NCBI GenBank assembly: GCA_027310975.1
Contig: DAICZV010000001.1
Span: 1 to 42,041 of the forward strand
DNA: 42,041 nucleotides
Direction of reading: 5' to 3'
Origin: a bacterium
Lineage (GTDB): Bacteria > Patescibacteriota > Minisyncoccia > UBA6257 > GWB1-50-10
Of the stretch, positions 15,924-24,762 are shown piece after piece. The first letter of the stretch is position 1, and each line of letters starts with the position of its first letter. A program made the position numbers and the translations under genes. Below the pieces are notes generated by a model that was not told the DNA's origin, did not search any database, and saw only the letters and a list, made by a program, of their open reading frames with translations.

Positions 15924-17078
15924 TTAGCCGGACCAGTTATAGGCCATGATGCTGAAATCGGTGAGGCTCACCATACCGTCGCTGTTCAGGTCAACGTTCG
16001 CCGGCGGGTTCTTTCGGCTGAACCAGTAGGCGGCGACCGAGAAATCAACGATGTTCACGCGGCCATCGCCGTTCACATCGCCTTTTAATGCGGTCGCTTG
16101 GCGCTTCACGTTCGCCGTACCGACGGTGAAACCGATGACGTTGCTGGAATCGGTGACCAGGTTCCTTGCGGCGGTGCGGGCATAGGCCGAGTGCTGGCCG
16201 AGCTCCAAGGGATCGGAATCTATCTCCTGCAGGTATTTCCCGTCCGCTCCCGCGGTCGTCGTGGCATAGATTGCTCCGTTGGAATTGACGGCGATCGTGA
16301 CCGTCCCGTTCGGCACGGTTTGGCCGAAGAACGTGACTGGGTCTCCCTGCTTCACCGTGCTCTTATCGGTCGTGATGGTCGGGGCCAGAAAGATGCCGCT
16401 TACGTTCGTGCTGGCCCCGCCCGTGACGCTTAGAGGAAATGTCCGCAAAGCCGAACGGCCGCCGTAAGCATCCGTGCCATAAAGTGAGAAAACATAGTTG
16501 CCGGCGGAAAGACCGGAGAGCGACATCTGGAAGCTCGCATCGTCGCTCGCGACCGTGTTGGCGACCACTTGAGCGTCCTTAAGAAGCGTCACCTGGGTCG
16601 CCGGGAAGGCGTAGCCGGAAAACGTCACGACCGAATTCGCGACCGGGATGACGTATCCCCCGCCTCCTCCGCCGCCGGAGGGCGGCGGGGCGGGCGGTAA
16701 GCCGGTCGTGGAACTGGCCTCGTTCGTGTAGGCGGTTTGGCCGGCGTCGTTAAAGGCCCGCACGCGGTAAAAGTAGGTCGTGTTTGAAAGAAGGCCGGTG
16801 CGGGAATATGCAGTGGCGTCGGCGCCGACCGAATCTATCGGCGTGAAGATGGCGTCGGTGCCCTGGGCCTCTTCTATGGAAAACCCATCCTCGTTGCTGG
16901 AGTTGTCCGTCCAGGAAAGGTCTATTTGGGAATAAGATATCGTCGCGGCCGCGAGGTCGGAAGGCGGCAGAGGCAGGACGACCACCTTGACGCTCAAATT
17001 AAGCGAAGCGGGCACCGTTTGAGCGTTCGCGACGGAAGCGATGAGGAAAAAGGTCAGAAGGACGACCGACTTTTTCAC
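15924..17078 (-). CDS. Secreted FN3 plus dockerin-like protein
   Basis: FN3 (LSWTDNS...YFYRVRAFN); duplicated Ca-binding loops GDVNGDGRVNIVD and DLNSDGMVSLTD at the C-terminus. Confidence 0.8.
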   Translation of the reverse strand: MKKSVVLLTFFLIASVANAQTVPASLNLSVKVVVLPLPPSDLAAATISYSQIDLSWTDNSSNEDGFSIEEAQGTDAIFTPIDSVGADATAYSRTGLLSNTTYFYRVRAFNDAGQTAYTNEASSTTGLPPAPPPSGGGGGGGYVIPVANSVVTFSGYAFPATQVTLLKDAQVVANTVASDDASFQMSLSGLSAGNYVFSLYGTDAYGGRSALRTFPLSVTGGASTNVSGIFLAPTITTDKSTVKQGDPVTFFGQTVPNGTVTIAVNSNGAIYATTTAGADGKYLQEIDSDPLELGQHSAYARTAARNLVTDSSNVIGFTVGTANVKRQATALKGDVNGDGRVNIVDFSVAAYWFSRKNPPANVDLNSDGMVSLTDFSIMAYNWSG

Positions 17079-17080
17079 GT

Positions 17081-17986
17081 TTATTTTTGTACCCGAACTA
17101 TCTTGAAGTTCTTCTTTATCTTATGCAGGACGAAGAGCAGGATGACGAGCAGGACTATCAATCCGGCGGCTTCTTGCCAGGGAAAAGCGAAGAAATGGAG
17201 GGTGGCGGTTTGAACGCCGCTTTGGGGAATGTTCAATGACAGCGTGGCCGTGAACGGCCCGAAGAGGTAGCGGCTCGGCAGCGCGGCTGTGAAGGTCCGG
17301 TCGTAGCCGGGGAAGACGATACCGGACTCAAAAGGCACGACCGCGGTCCCGAAAAGCGGCCCGGTCAGCGTTATTTGGCCTTCCGGATTGAAATGGGTGT
17401 TGCCGGTATTGTTAACAGTGAACGAGAAGGCGGCCGGCCCGTGGGAGAGGTAGGAACCGGGGCCGGTGAAATCGGCGATGTTGCCCGTCGCGTAAGAAGC
17501 GCCCGGAACGTTAACGAGGACCACCGAACCCACCCGGCCGGATATGCCGACGCCGGATGAGGCCGGATTGCCGGTCACCGTGAGGCCCCGGAAAAGGATG
17601 GCGCCGTAGTGGCCGCCCGGTTCGCCGTTCTGCGGCACGGTGATGGAGAACGGCACCTGCCGGCGCTCTTGAGGCGCGAGGGTGAACTCCGTCCGGCTGA
17701 TATTTATCCAAGCCGTGAGTCCGTGGGGAATTTCGGTTTGGACCAGGTCAATGGAGCCCTGGTTCCCGCCCGCGATATTCTCCACCTCCGGCTGGACGCC
17801 GATCGGAAAATCATTCGGGTTGATGACGGTCAGGGTGTCGGAATAGGTCTCGCCCGGAGCGATGGTGACGTTAAACTTTATAGGATATAGCGAAATGCCC
17901 ACCTGTGCGTTCGCCAAACTGGGTAATAAAAAACTTAGTGCGATGACACTAAGGGTTATGAGAAAAACGGGGCGGATTTTGTGCAT
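17081..17986 (-). CDS. DUF916/WxL-interacting-like surface protein
   Basis: Signal peptide; PGGHYGAILF and NTGNTHFNP motifs; C-terminal TM helix with basic tail. Confidence 0.65.
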   Translation of the reverse strand: MHKIRPVFLITLSVIALSFLLPSLANAQVGISLYPIKFNVTIAPGETYSDTLTVINPNDFPIGVQPEVENIAGGNQGSIDLVQTEIPHGLTAWINISRTEFTLAPQERRQVPFSITVPQNGEPGGHYGAILFRGLTVTGNPASSGVGISGRVGSVVLVNVPGASYATGNIADFTGPGSYLSHGPAAFSFTVNNTGNTHFNPEGQITLTGPLFGTAVVPFESGIVFPGYDRTFTAALPSRYLFGPFTATLSLNIPQSGVQTATLHFFAFPWQEAAGLIVLLVILLFVLHKIKKNFKIVRVQK

Positions 17987-18013
17987 GGATCGCTTCGCCG
18001 GCGAGCGCGACGC

Positions 18014-18685
18014 TTACGGGTTCGTTATCGCCGTTATCGTGATACCGCCGGTGTAGCTGGTTGCCTGCTGAGTGGCCGGAGCGTCGGCCACCACCTTAAG
18101 AACGACCGTCTGGCTCGTGCCGACATAAGTGCTGGTTGAAGCCACTGTTGCCGTGCTCGTCGGGAAACCGGCGTAGAGCGCTTGCGGATCGGTGTCGGCG
18201 CTGCCCCACCAAGTCGCATTATAGAGGCCGGCCGTCGTACCCGTTTGATAGACGCGGAAGTGAAGGTTGGCGCCGACATTTACGGAAGAGGTGGCGTTGT
18301 TGGTGCCGTTCCACGACGTTGCGTCCGGAAAAGCGATGGTCCCGGAAGCGAGGGTGGATGTACTGCTGTTGCGGTTTATCTTAAGATTCCAGCCGGTCGC
18401 GGCGTTGGTCGCGACAGTCGCGCTTGAAGTGGCCGAGACCGGAGCGCCAGGCGTGAGGGACGCGAGATTAACAGTTGACGTTGAAAGGGTGAGCGTTATC
18501 GTCTGGTTCACCGTGACGTTGATCGTCTGGCCGGTGGACGTGGAAACCTGGGCTGAGGCCAGGTTTACGACCGGACCGAAGGAGGCGCTCAAAAGTAAAA
18601 AGGCAAAAAGCCCTAAGCCCGCCCCCAGGACCTTCAGGAATCTAAGCGCTTTAAAGCGGCTTATCTCCTCCCTCATTGCTTGCAT
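18014..18685 (-). CDS. Secreted WxL-like beta-rich protein
   Basis: Signal peptide; Thr/Ser-rich; ends YTGGITITAITNP; adjacent to the DUF916-like gene. Confidence 0.6.
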   Translation of the reverse strand: MQAMREEISRFKALRFLKVLGAGLGLFAFLLLSASFGPVVNLASAQVSTSTGQTINVTVNQTITLTLSTSTVNLASLTPGAPVSATSSATVATNAATGWNLKINRNSSTSTLASGTIAFPDATSWNGTNNATSSVNVGANLHFRVYQTGTTAGLYNATWWGSADTDPQALYAGFPTSTATVASTSTYVGTSQTVVLKVVADAPATQQATSYTGGITITAITNP

Positions 18686-18734
18686 TATACCATAATGACA
18701 TTGCGCCGTTTGCAGGCGGCCTGTTGATAATTAT

Positions 18735-20045
18735 TTAAGGGTTGGCGATGACGGTAATAGTGACGCCGCCCGAATAATTTAAGGCCTTTTGGCTCAAAGG
18801 AGCGTCGGCCCGGTAAAGGATGGTGGAGGTGGAGGTGCCGTTATTGGTGGAGGTGGCGTTCACGATGGTGAGCGTTGATGTCGGCGTGCCGGCATAGAGC
18901 GCCGTACCGCTTGCGTCGCTTGCGCCCCACCAGAATGAACAGTAGTTGGCGGTCGTGCCGGATTGCTGGACCCGGAAGGACAAGGTTTGACCGGGCGCGG
19001 TCGTGCCGTTCCCCTGCCCCGAGGCGCAGCCGGTGCCAGGATTCCAGGCGGAATAATCCGGGAAGGTCGTCGTGGAAGAAGCGAGCGTTGACGTCGGTGA
19101 GTTGCGTTTTATCTGCAAACTGTAACCGTTCGTTCCGCCGGAGATAGTAACCGTGGCGGTCGTCGTCGCCGTGACCGGCGCGCCGGGCGAAAGTCCCGGC
19201 AGATTTACAGTGGCAGAGTTTAAAGTGAGCGAGATTGTTTGGGCGCTGGCGGAGAGTGTTGCTTGCGGATATTGGGAATAGACAAAATTCGCCGCGCTCC
19301 CGGCGTTCGTAACCCGGAAGCAATAGGTGGCGCCCGCAGTGGAGCTCGCGACCGCCTGGATGTCGTATTCCAGTTCCACGAAAGAGTCGCTCGGAAGCGT
19401 TAGCGCGCCGGTTTGGTTTGAAACGTCCCGCACTCCCCCGTTCGGCGTGAGAAAAGTATGGTTGGCATCGGTCACGCCGCCGGTCGTCGTCGCAATATTG
19501 GTCGTATCGGCTCCGTCCGTGAGGTTCGCCGAGTTAAACATCGTCCAGGCGCCCGTGCTCGTTACGGCGGAATAAGAAGCGGTGGCGCAGGAAGACACCA
19601 AAAGCCCGTACTCTATCCGGAACTGCTGGCTGGTAAACGACTTGATGGTTCCGCCGGCATTCGTTATTTCCACCCGCAATCGGATGCTGGAGTTTTGGTT
19701 CAAGCTCGCGAGAACGGCGTCTTCACTTGCCGCCGCCGTGGACGTCGTTTCGCCGCCGTTGTCATTGCGCCAGTGGTAATGAACGAGAGCGTAAGACGGC
19801 GCAACCGGCTGGAAGAGCATCCGCAGAATGCCGGGGATGAGCCAAAGATCGGCGGAGGTGGAAAGCCCCAGGGCATTCACTGCACCGTTGTTGAATATGG
19901 AAAAACTAGTGGAGGTTGACTTGCCGGCCACGCTCCCGACGTCGCCTCGGAGGAAAAGGTTGGCGGATGAGGCGTCAAAGGCCGAAGCCGGACTTAAGCA
20001 CAGCAGTGAAAATATGACGACGGCTGCCGTGAGGATATTTTTCAT
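18735..20045 (-). CDS. Large secreted protein with C-terminal WxL-like domain
   Basis: C-terminal ~165 aa paralogous to 18014..18685 (IKRNSPTSTLAS / INRNSSTSTLAS, WWG, YSGGVTITVIANP). Confidence 0.65.
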   Translation of the reverse strand: MKNILTAAVVIFSLLCLSPASAFDASSANLFLRGDVGSVAGKSTSTSFSIFNNGAVNALGLSTSADLWLIPGILRMLFQPVAPSYALVHYHWRNDNGGETTSTAAASEDAVLASLNQNSSIRLRVEITNAGGTIKSFTSQQFRIEYGLLVSSCATASYSAVTSTGAWTMFNSANLTDGADTTNIATTTGGVTDANHTFLTPNGGVRDVSNQTGALTLPSDSFVELEYDIQAVASSTAGATYCFRVTNAGSAANFVYSQYPQATLSASAQTISLTLNSATVNLPGLSPGAPVTATTTATVTISGGTNGYSLQIKRNSPTSTLASSTTTFPDYSAWNPGTGCASGQGNGTTAPGQTLSFRVQQSGTTANYCSFWWGASDASGTALYAGTPTSTLTIVNATSTNNGTSTSTILYRADAPLSQKALNYSGGVTITVIANP

Positions 20046-20539
20046 CGCGGGTCGTACCATGTGCCTCGCGCGCCCTGGTCGGCTTTAATGACGTAGTAGG
20101 TGCCAGGTTTGAATGCGGTGGCATCGGCAGTGGAAATAACGTAACTGAAAGGCCTGGTTATTGTGCAAGGAAAGGCCTTGTTGAAAACAGCGCGGTTGGG
20201 ATCTTGCCGATAGTCAAAGTCCGCTGGATAGACTAGGATGGCGAGATAAACGTCATCGCACGTCGCGCTCACGGCGAGCTCATTGCCGTTGTTGATGGTC
20301 CGACCATCGTAAATGAATTTCTGGAACTTGGACGGATCGGGATATTTGGCGAAGAGCGGGCTCGGCAAGGCCGCTGGTCCGGCCGGAGCGACGTTGAAAG
20401 TCGGCGCCGATGGCGAAGGCGCGCCGGAAGGCGGCGGGGACGCCGTATCTTTTATGAAGAAGAAAAGTCCTGCCGCGAAAAACATGACCGCGATAACCAA
20501 GACGCGGTACTCGCGGCCAGTGGCCTTTTTAGTCGTCAT
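20042..20539 (-). CDS. Membrane-anchored hypothetical protein
   Basis: N-terminal TM helix and Pro-rich linker; domain paralogous to the C-terminus of 26887..28404. Confidence 0.7.
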   Translation of the reverse strand: MTTKKATGREYRVLVIAVMFFAAGLFFFIKDTASPPPSGAPSPSAPTFNVAPAGPAALPSPLFAKYPDPSKFQKFIYDGRTINNGNELAVSATCDDVYLAILVYPADFDYRQDPNRAVFNKAFPCTITRPFSYVISTADATAFKPGTYYVIKADQGARGTWYDPR

Positions 20540-20631
20540 CTCAGTGTTGAAATTATAACATAGGCTCAAATGACGCAGTTATAAAAAAGCCGCCCATCCA
20601 GTACTTAAACCGGATAGGCGGCGGTATATTC

Positions 20632-21630
20632 CTATAGGATGAATTTTTGGAACCCATCCTTGATGAATATCTGCTCAATGTATTCGTTCTTTTTCGTCTC
20701 AACGCACCGGGGACATTCCTCCAGTTTAATCCGCTGCAGGACATCTTGGTGTTCTTGAGAGCGCCAGATCTCCTCAAAGGATTGCTGGCGATAATCGCCG
20801 AACTCCAAATCTGTCCGGTCCTGGCAAACGCAGAATCGTCCGTTCGCTTTAAGGACCGCCAAAAGAGGCGTCGCTCGGCATTTATCGTAGAGTCGGAGCG
20901 TCCAATAACCGTCAAACTTATCCACCTTGAAATAAATCGCCAGACCAGGAAAATCGTCTTGGGCCTTCGCCATTACTCGAGCGGCTTCGGGCATCAAGCT
21001 CCTGATCTCTGCGTTTCGGTCCTTGATGAAAGCCGGACGAACGTGCACCCATCGCACTTTGAGGTCAAACGCCAGCGCGCAGAAATTATAAAGATCAATC
21101 TGGTTCTCCGGCGTCAGGACGAATCCTAAACCTAACTTACCGTCGTTTTTCAGGCTTTTAAGCCGGGCGATCGTCTTATTCCAGAGGTCGGTACCGGTAT
21201 TCTTGCAGAAAACCTCTTGAGTGGCCGCATTCAAACTGACTCGCGGGAAATCTACCAAGTCCAGAATCTCTTGGGTCAGATAAAACCCATTGGTGGACAA
21301 GGCGACCTTTAAGCCAAGCTGTTTGGCGAGAGTAATCGCTTCCAATAGATCGGGGTGGGCGGTCGGCTCTCCTCCGCCGGAAAAGTGGACGGTCTTAGCG
21401 TGCTTAGCGGCCTCGCGGACGGATTTGAGCAATAATTCTCTTGGCAGGGATACAACATTCCTTCTTTCTCTGGCCATAATACAGAACGAGCAGTTCAGCG
21501 GGCAAAGATTCGTCGGATAGATATGCCAGATCAGCGGATACGGTATTTTCCCGTCGGCAATCTGTTGCAGCTCGTCCGAAAAGAGCAGGATCTTCAACGG
21601 ATTGAACCGATTATAGAATTTCTCTCCCAT
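20632..21630 (-). CDS. Radical SAM protein with C-terminal SPASM/twitch-like Cys cluster
   Basis: CPLNCSFC (CxxxCxxC), GGGEP and STNG motifs; C-terminal cysteines; AGGAGG SD. Confidence 0.9.
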   Translation of the reverse strand: MGEKFYNRFNPLKILLFSDELQQIADGKIPYPLIWHIYPTNLCPLNCSFCIMARERRNVVSLPRELLLKSVREAAKHAKTVHFSGGGEPTAHPDLLEAITLAKQLGLKVALSTNGFYLTQEILDLVDFPRVSLNAATQEVFCKNTGTDLWNKTIARLKSLKNDGKLGLGFVLTPENQIDLYNFCALAFDLKVRWVHVRPAFIKDRNAEIRSLMPEAARVMAKAQDDFPGLAIYFKVDKFDGYWTLRLYDKCRATPLLAVLKANGRFCVCQDRTDLEFGDYRQQSFEEIWRSQEHQDVLQRIKLEECPRCVETKKNEYIEQIFIKDGFQKFIL

Positions 21631-21710
21631 GTCCAACACCTCCTTTCATTGTCGTCGGAAATTGTTGAGAAGCTGGCCTTATTGTATATAGAAGCCGAGA
21701 TTTGTAAATA

Positions 21711-22448
21711 TTACGCCAGCATGAGCGGCGTCCATTTAAGCAGTCCCCTTCTGTTCAACAATTCCATGAATTCTTGGTCGGAGAAGAACCTTCGGATAAG
21801 CAATCCTAAGTTAATTTCCATTTTTTTGTTAAAATCACGATCTTGGCCCTTAGTTGCGCTTCCATAGTGGATCGCCTCGTTGGGCAGGCAAACTATTTTA
21901 AACCCTTCCTTCAAGGCCCGGAAAGAAAAATCCACATCCTCGTACTGATAACCCGGATAATCGGTCGCCATACCCTTCAGCTTCTGCCAGACGTTTTTCT
22001 TGATGTAAAGCAGCGAGGCGGTGCAGTGAGGAACCTCAATCGGTGCCGCGATATCTTCAAAGAGGTGGCCTATCTTAATGTTGCAGTCCACCATGATTGA
22101 TGATGCCTCCAGCGCGCTGGGAGAGATGACGGTATGTTTGGCGATATCAACGATTTCAATACAGCTCCCGGCGTGGCTAATCGTCCCATGCGCATCCCGT
22201 AGTTTGAACCCGGTGATATCGCCCAGCGGCGAGAAACTATTAAAAGTTTCCGGCTTCAAAATGGTGTCGTCGTCCATTATGAGCACGTCATTGTCGCTTT
22301 CCCCGAAACCGATGTTTATCGCTTCGGCCCAGCTTTTTCCTCCGGTGATGAGATGGAGTTTATAAGGGAATGGGACGTATTTTAAGGAATCGATGCTGGC
22401 GTTAAAGACGGGCGATGTCTTTTGCGTCGGGATAATAATATCAACCAT
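21711..22448 (-). CDS. Glycosyltransferase family 2-like protein
   Basis: VDIIIPT, AINIG, MDDD and YEDVDFSFRA motifs. Confidence 0.85.
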   Translation of the reverse strand: MVDIIIPTQKTSPVFNASIDSLKYVPFPYKLHLITGGKSWAEAINIGFGESDNDVLIMDDDTILKPETFNSFSPLGDITGFKLRDAHGTISHAGSCIEIVDIAKHTVISPSALEASSIMVDCNIKIGHLFEDIAAPIEVPHCTASLLYIKKNVWQKLKGMATDYPGYQYEDVDFSFRALKEGFKIVCLPNEAIHYGSATKGQDRDFNKKMEINLGLLIRRFFSDQEFMELLNRRGLLKWTPLMLA

Positions 22449-22960
22449 TAACTTTTAAGAGCCTTGAGTTCAACAACCATATCCGTTATGACGTTCCAGT
22501 AATGATTTTTGGCGAACTCCCTGGCCTCGTCAGATTTTTTATCCCAAGGCGGATTGAAAAATACCATGGTGTTCACGATGTCAAAATCGGCCCGCATATC
22601 GTAATGCTCCAATTTGGCCTCCGTTCTCTTCTGCTGGCTGAAGTAAAGCCAGGTGACCTCGGAAAAAGCGCGCACGTGGGTCGGGTCCTGCCACGCCCGG
22701 ATAGAGGTGTAGTACGGCGTAGTGATGGTCACTTTGGCGTCCGGTTTTGCTATGCGCCAAACCTCGTCCATGAACCGGATAAGGTCCTTGGCGTGTTCGG
22801 CGTAGTGGCTGATAAGGATTTCTTCGCAGGAGTTGTCCGGAAACGGCTCCCAGGGATATTTTTCCAGGTCCCAGACGAAATCGACATTCGGCAGGGGCGC
22901 GATATCCACCCCCTTGAATCCTTTCTCTTTTCTTTGCCCGCAGGCGATATCCAGCTTCAT
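22448..22960 (-). CDS. Class I SAM-dependent methyltransferase
   Basis: LDIACG, SHYAEH, DEVWRI and AWQDPTH motifs. Confidence 0.85.
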   Translation of the reverse strand: MKLDIACGQRKEKGFKGVDIAPLPNVDFVWDLEKYPWEPFPDNSCEEILISHYAEHAKDLIRFMDEVWRIAKPDAKVTITTPYYTSIRAWQDPTHVRAFSEVTWLYFSQQKRTEAKLEHYDMRADFDIVNTMVFFNPPWDKKSDEAREFAKNHYWNVITDMVVELKALKS

Positions 22961-22966
22961 CTTGAT

Positions 22967-23944
22967 CTAATTGTTAATGACATAATCGTAGACCTTTTTG
23001 GACACGTCGGTCATGAAAGCATCGGCGGTTTTCTCGTCGGCGCCGCTTGAACCGAGGCACAACAGATAATTGCGATTGGGAGCGTAGACAATGCCGCAAT
23101 CGGAAAAGGTGTTGTTCTCGTCCGAGATGCCGATTTTATGGGCGACCGCGATGTCCTCCGGCACGCCGTTCACTATCTTGTCGTTGAAGGGCGACTCGTC
23201 CAGATAATAAAGTATCTGATTGGAATCTGCGGCATTGTCATATTTCGCGTTATAAAGGGCAATGAGCATGTTGGACAGCGTTTTAACGTTTATATTCTGA
23301 TACTGCACGTTGGAATCCTGGCCGAGGTAGTTATTGTCCCATCCCATGAAAGTGTAAACGTCGTCCAAGGGATTTGAGATTCCGATATTGCTCATCACGC
23401 TGTAAAGAGCGTTCATGGCGGTGTTATCCGAATACTCAAGCATGATTTTTACCAGCTCCTCAACGGTGTAGGTCTTCCCGGCTCCGACTTTGTAGAGATT
23501 GCCGAAGTTAGAATCCAGATCGGAGGTTTGGAGTGTGTAGGCGTCCGATGGCTTTAATTTGCCCTCCTCAATCGACCGATATACGGCCATAGCCAGCGGG
23601 ACTTTAATGGTGCTCGCCGCCGTAAACATGTCCCGTTCGCCCAGCCCGACCCAGGAAGCATTGTTCAGATAATCGAAATAAATGTACGTGCTTTGAGAAT
23701 ATTTTTTCTGAACGGCGGCCAAGGAGTTCTTGAGAGGAGCGAAGTTGATTATGAAATGCTTGGTAGCATCCACGGTGACCGTCCGGTTCAAATAAGAGTA
23801 CATCGCAGGGTTAGAAACGGCAGGAGGGTTAATTGGCGATTGCAAGGAAACGACGTTCCAGTAAACGAGGAGGATGCCCAAAAGGACTCCTATTATAAAG
23901 AAGGTCGCACTGATAATGGTCGTTTTGGGGATGTGGAACGTCAT
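22967..23944 (-). CDS. Serine hydrolase of the class A beta-lactamase-like family
   Basis: AASTIK (SxxK), SDN and HKIG motifs; N-terminal TM helix. Confidence 0.85.
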   Translation of the reverse strand: MTFHIPKTTIISATFFIIGVLLGILLVYWNVVSLQSPINPPAVSNPAMYSYLNRTVTVDATKHFIINFAPLKNSLAAVQKKYSQSTYIYFDYLNNASWVGLGERDMFTAASTIKVPLAMAVYRSIEEGKLKPSDAYTLQTSDLDSNFGNLYKVGAGKTYTVEELVKIMLEYSDNTAMNALYSVMSNIGISNPLDDVYTFMGWDNNYLGQDSNVQYQNINVKTLSNMLIALYNAKYDNAADSNQILYYLDESPFNDKIVNGVPEDIAVAHKIGISDENNTFSDCGIVYAPNRNYLLCLGSSGADEKTADAFMTDVSKKVYDYVINN

Positions 23945-23948
23945 TGGT

Positions 23949-24758
23949 TTAATAGACCGTTTCCGTCATGATATCCAGATGTCCGCAGCGGATGCTCGTG
24001 TCAACGCAGATCCGATAGGCCAGTTTTTTAATCTTCTCGTAGAAATAGAGGTCTTGAGTGTAACCGACGAAACGTCCGTCTTTGACCTCGTTCACCGTTT
24101 TAAAAAATGGCCGTTCAAGGCGCGGGTCTTCAAAAATCGCGCGTTTCATCAGGGCAAAACCCATGCCGCAGCCGTTTACTTCTACGGTGTCGCCGGAGCG
24201 CCAGCTCGTATTGACCTCAAAAGGGTTAATGGCATTGATATCCCCATTGCCGTAGACGAGCGGCAGAGACGGCTCGCCCTTGGTCCAGTAAAGTCCGGAG
24301 GCCACGTCAAATTTCTCCATATGCTTGAAAAGCTCAATGAGCGGCCCGAAGGAATTGTCCAGAAAAGGCACGATGATGTCGTCTTCCAGAAAAAGAATAT
24401 AGCGGAAGTTTTTGAGTTCCGGGTTGGATAATATCTGGTCCACTGCCTGATTATAAGCGTCCCCTACCTCATAACCGGAAACGACCATCTCGGTGACTGG
24501 AATATTCATCGGTTTGATGAAGCGCTTCCAGGCCTCCACAATCCAGGGATGAAAGCCGACCCAGTGCTCCACTTCAAAAGGGTGGCCGCATTTCGGGCAT
24601 TTCGCGGACGTGACCCCCTTGCCTCTGGTCGCGATGACGATGATGGTGGAGTAGTTTTTGTAGGTATCGCCGGCGAGAATTTTTGTTTCCCACTTCTTGC
24701 TTTTCGCTTCATTGAACAGCTCATCGCTTTTGAATATTTTGGGTTTGAAGTTATCCAT
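23949..24758 (-). CDS. Glycosyltransferase-like protein (GT-A fold) with a CxxC insert
   Basis: LFLEDD, GCGMGFALM, TQDLYF and DTSIRCGH motifs; CPKC. Confidence 0.7.
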   Translation of the reverse strand: MDNFKPKIFKSDELFNEAKSKKWETKILAGDTYKNYSTIIVIATRGKGVTSAKCPKCGHPFEVEHWVGFHPWIVEAWKRFIKPMNIPVTEMVVSGYEVGDAYNQAVDQILSNPELKNFRYILFLEDDIIVPFLDNSFGPLIELFKHMEKFDVASGLYWTKGEPSLPLVYGNGDINAINPFEVNTSWRSGDTVEVNGCGMGFALMKRAIFEDPRLERPFFKTVNEVKDGRFVGYTQDLYFYEKIKKLAYRICVDTSIRCGHLDIMTETVY

Positions 24759-24762
24759 AAAT

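Noticed and set aside
22967..23944. Functional antibiotic-resistance beta-lactamase
   Set aside because: The SxxK, SDN and KxG motifs are shared with non-resistance serine hydrolases; the membrane anchor and context do not support a resistance call.
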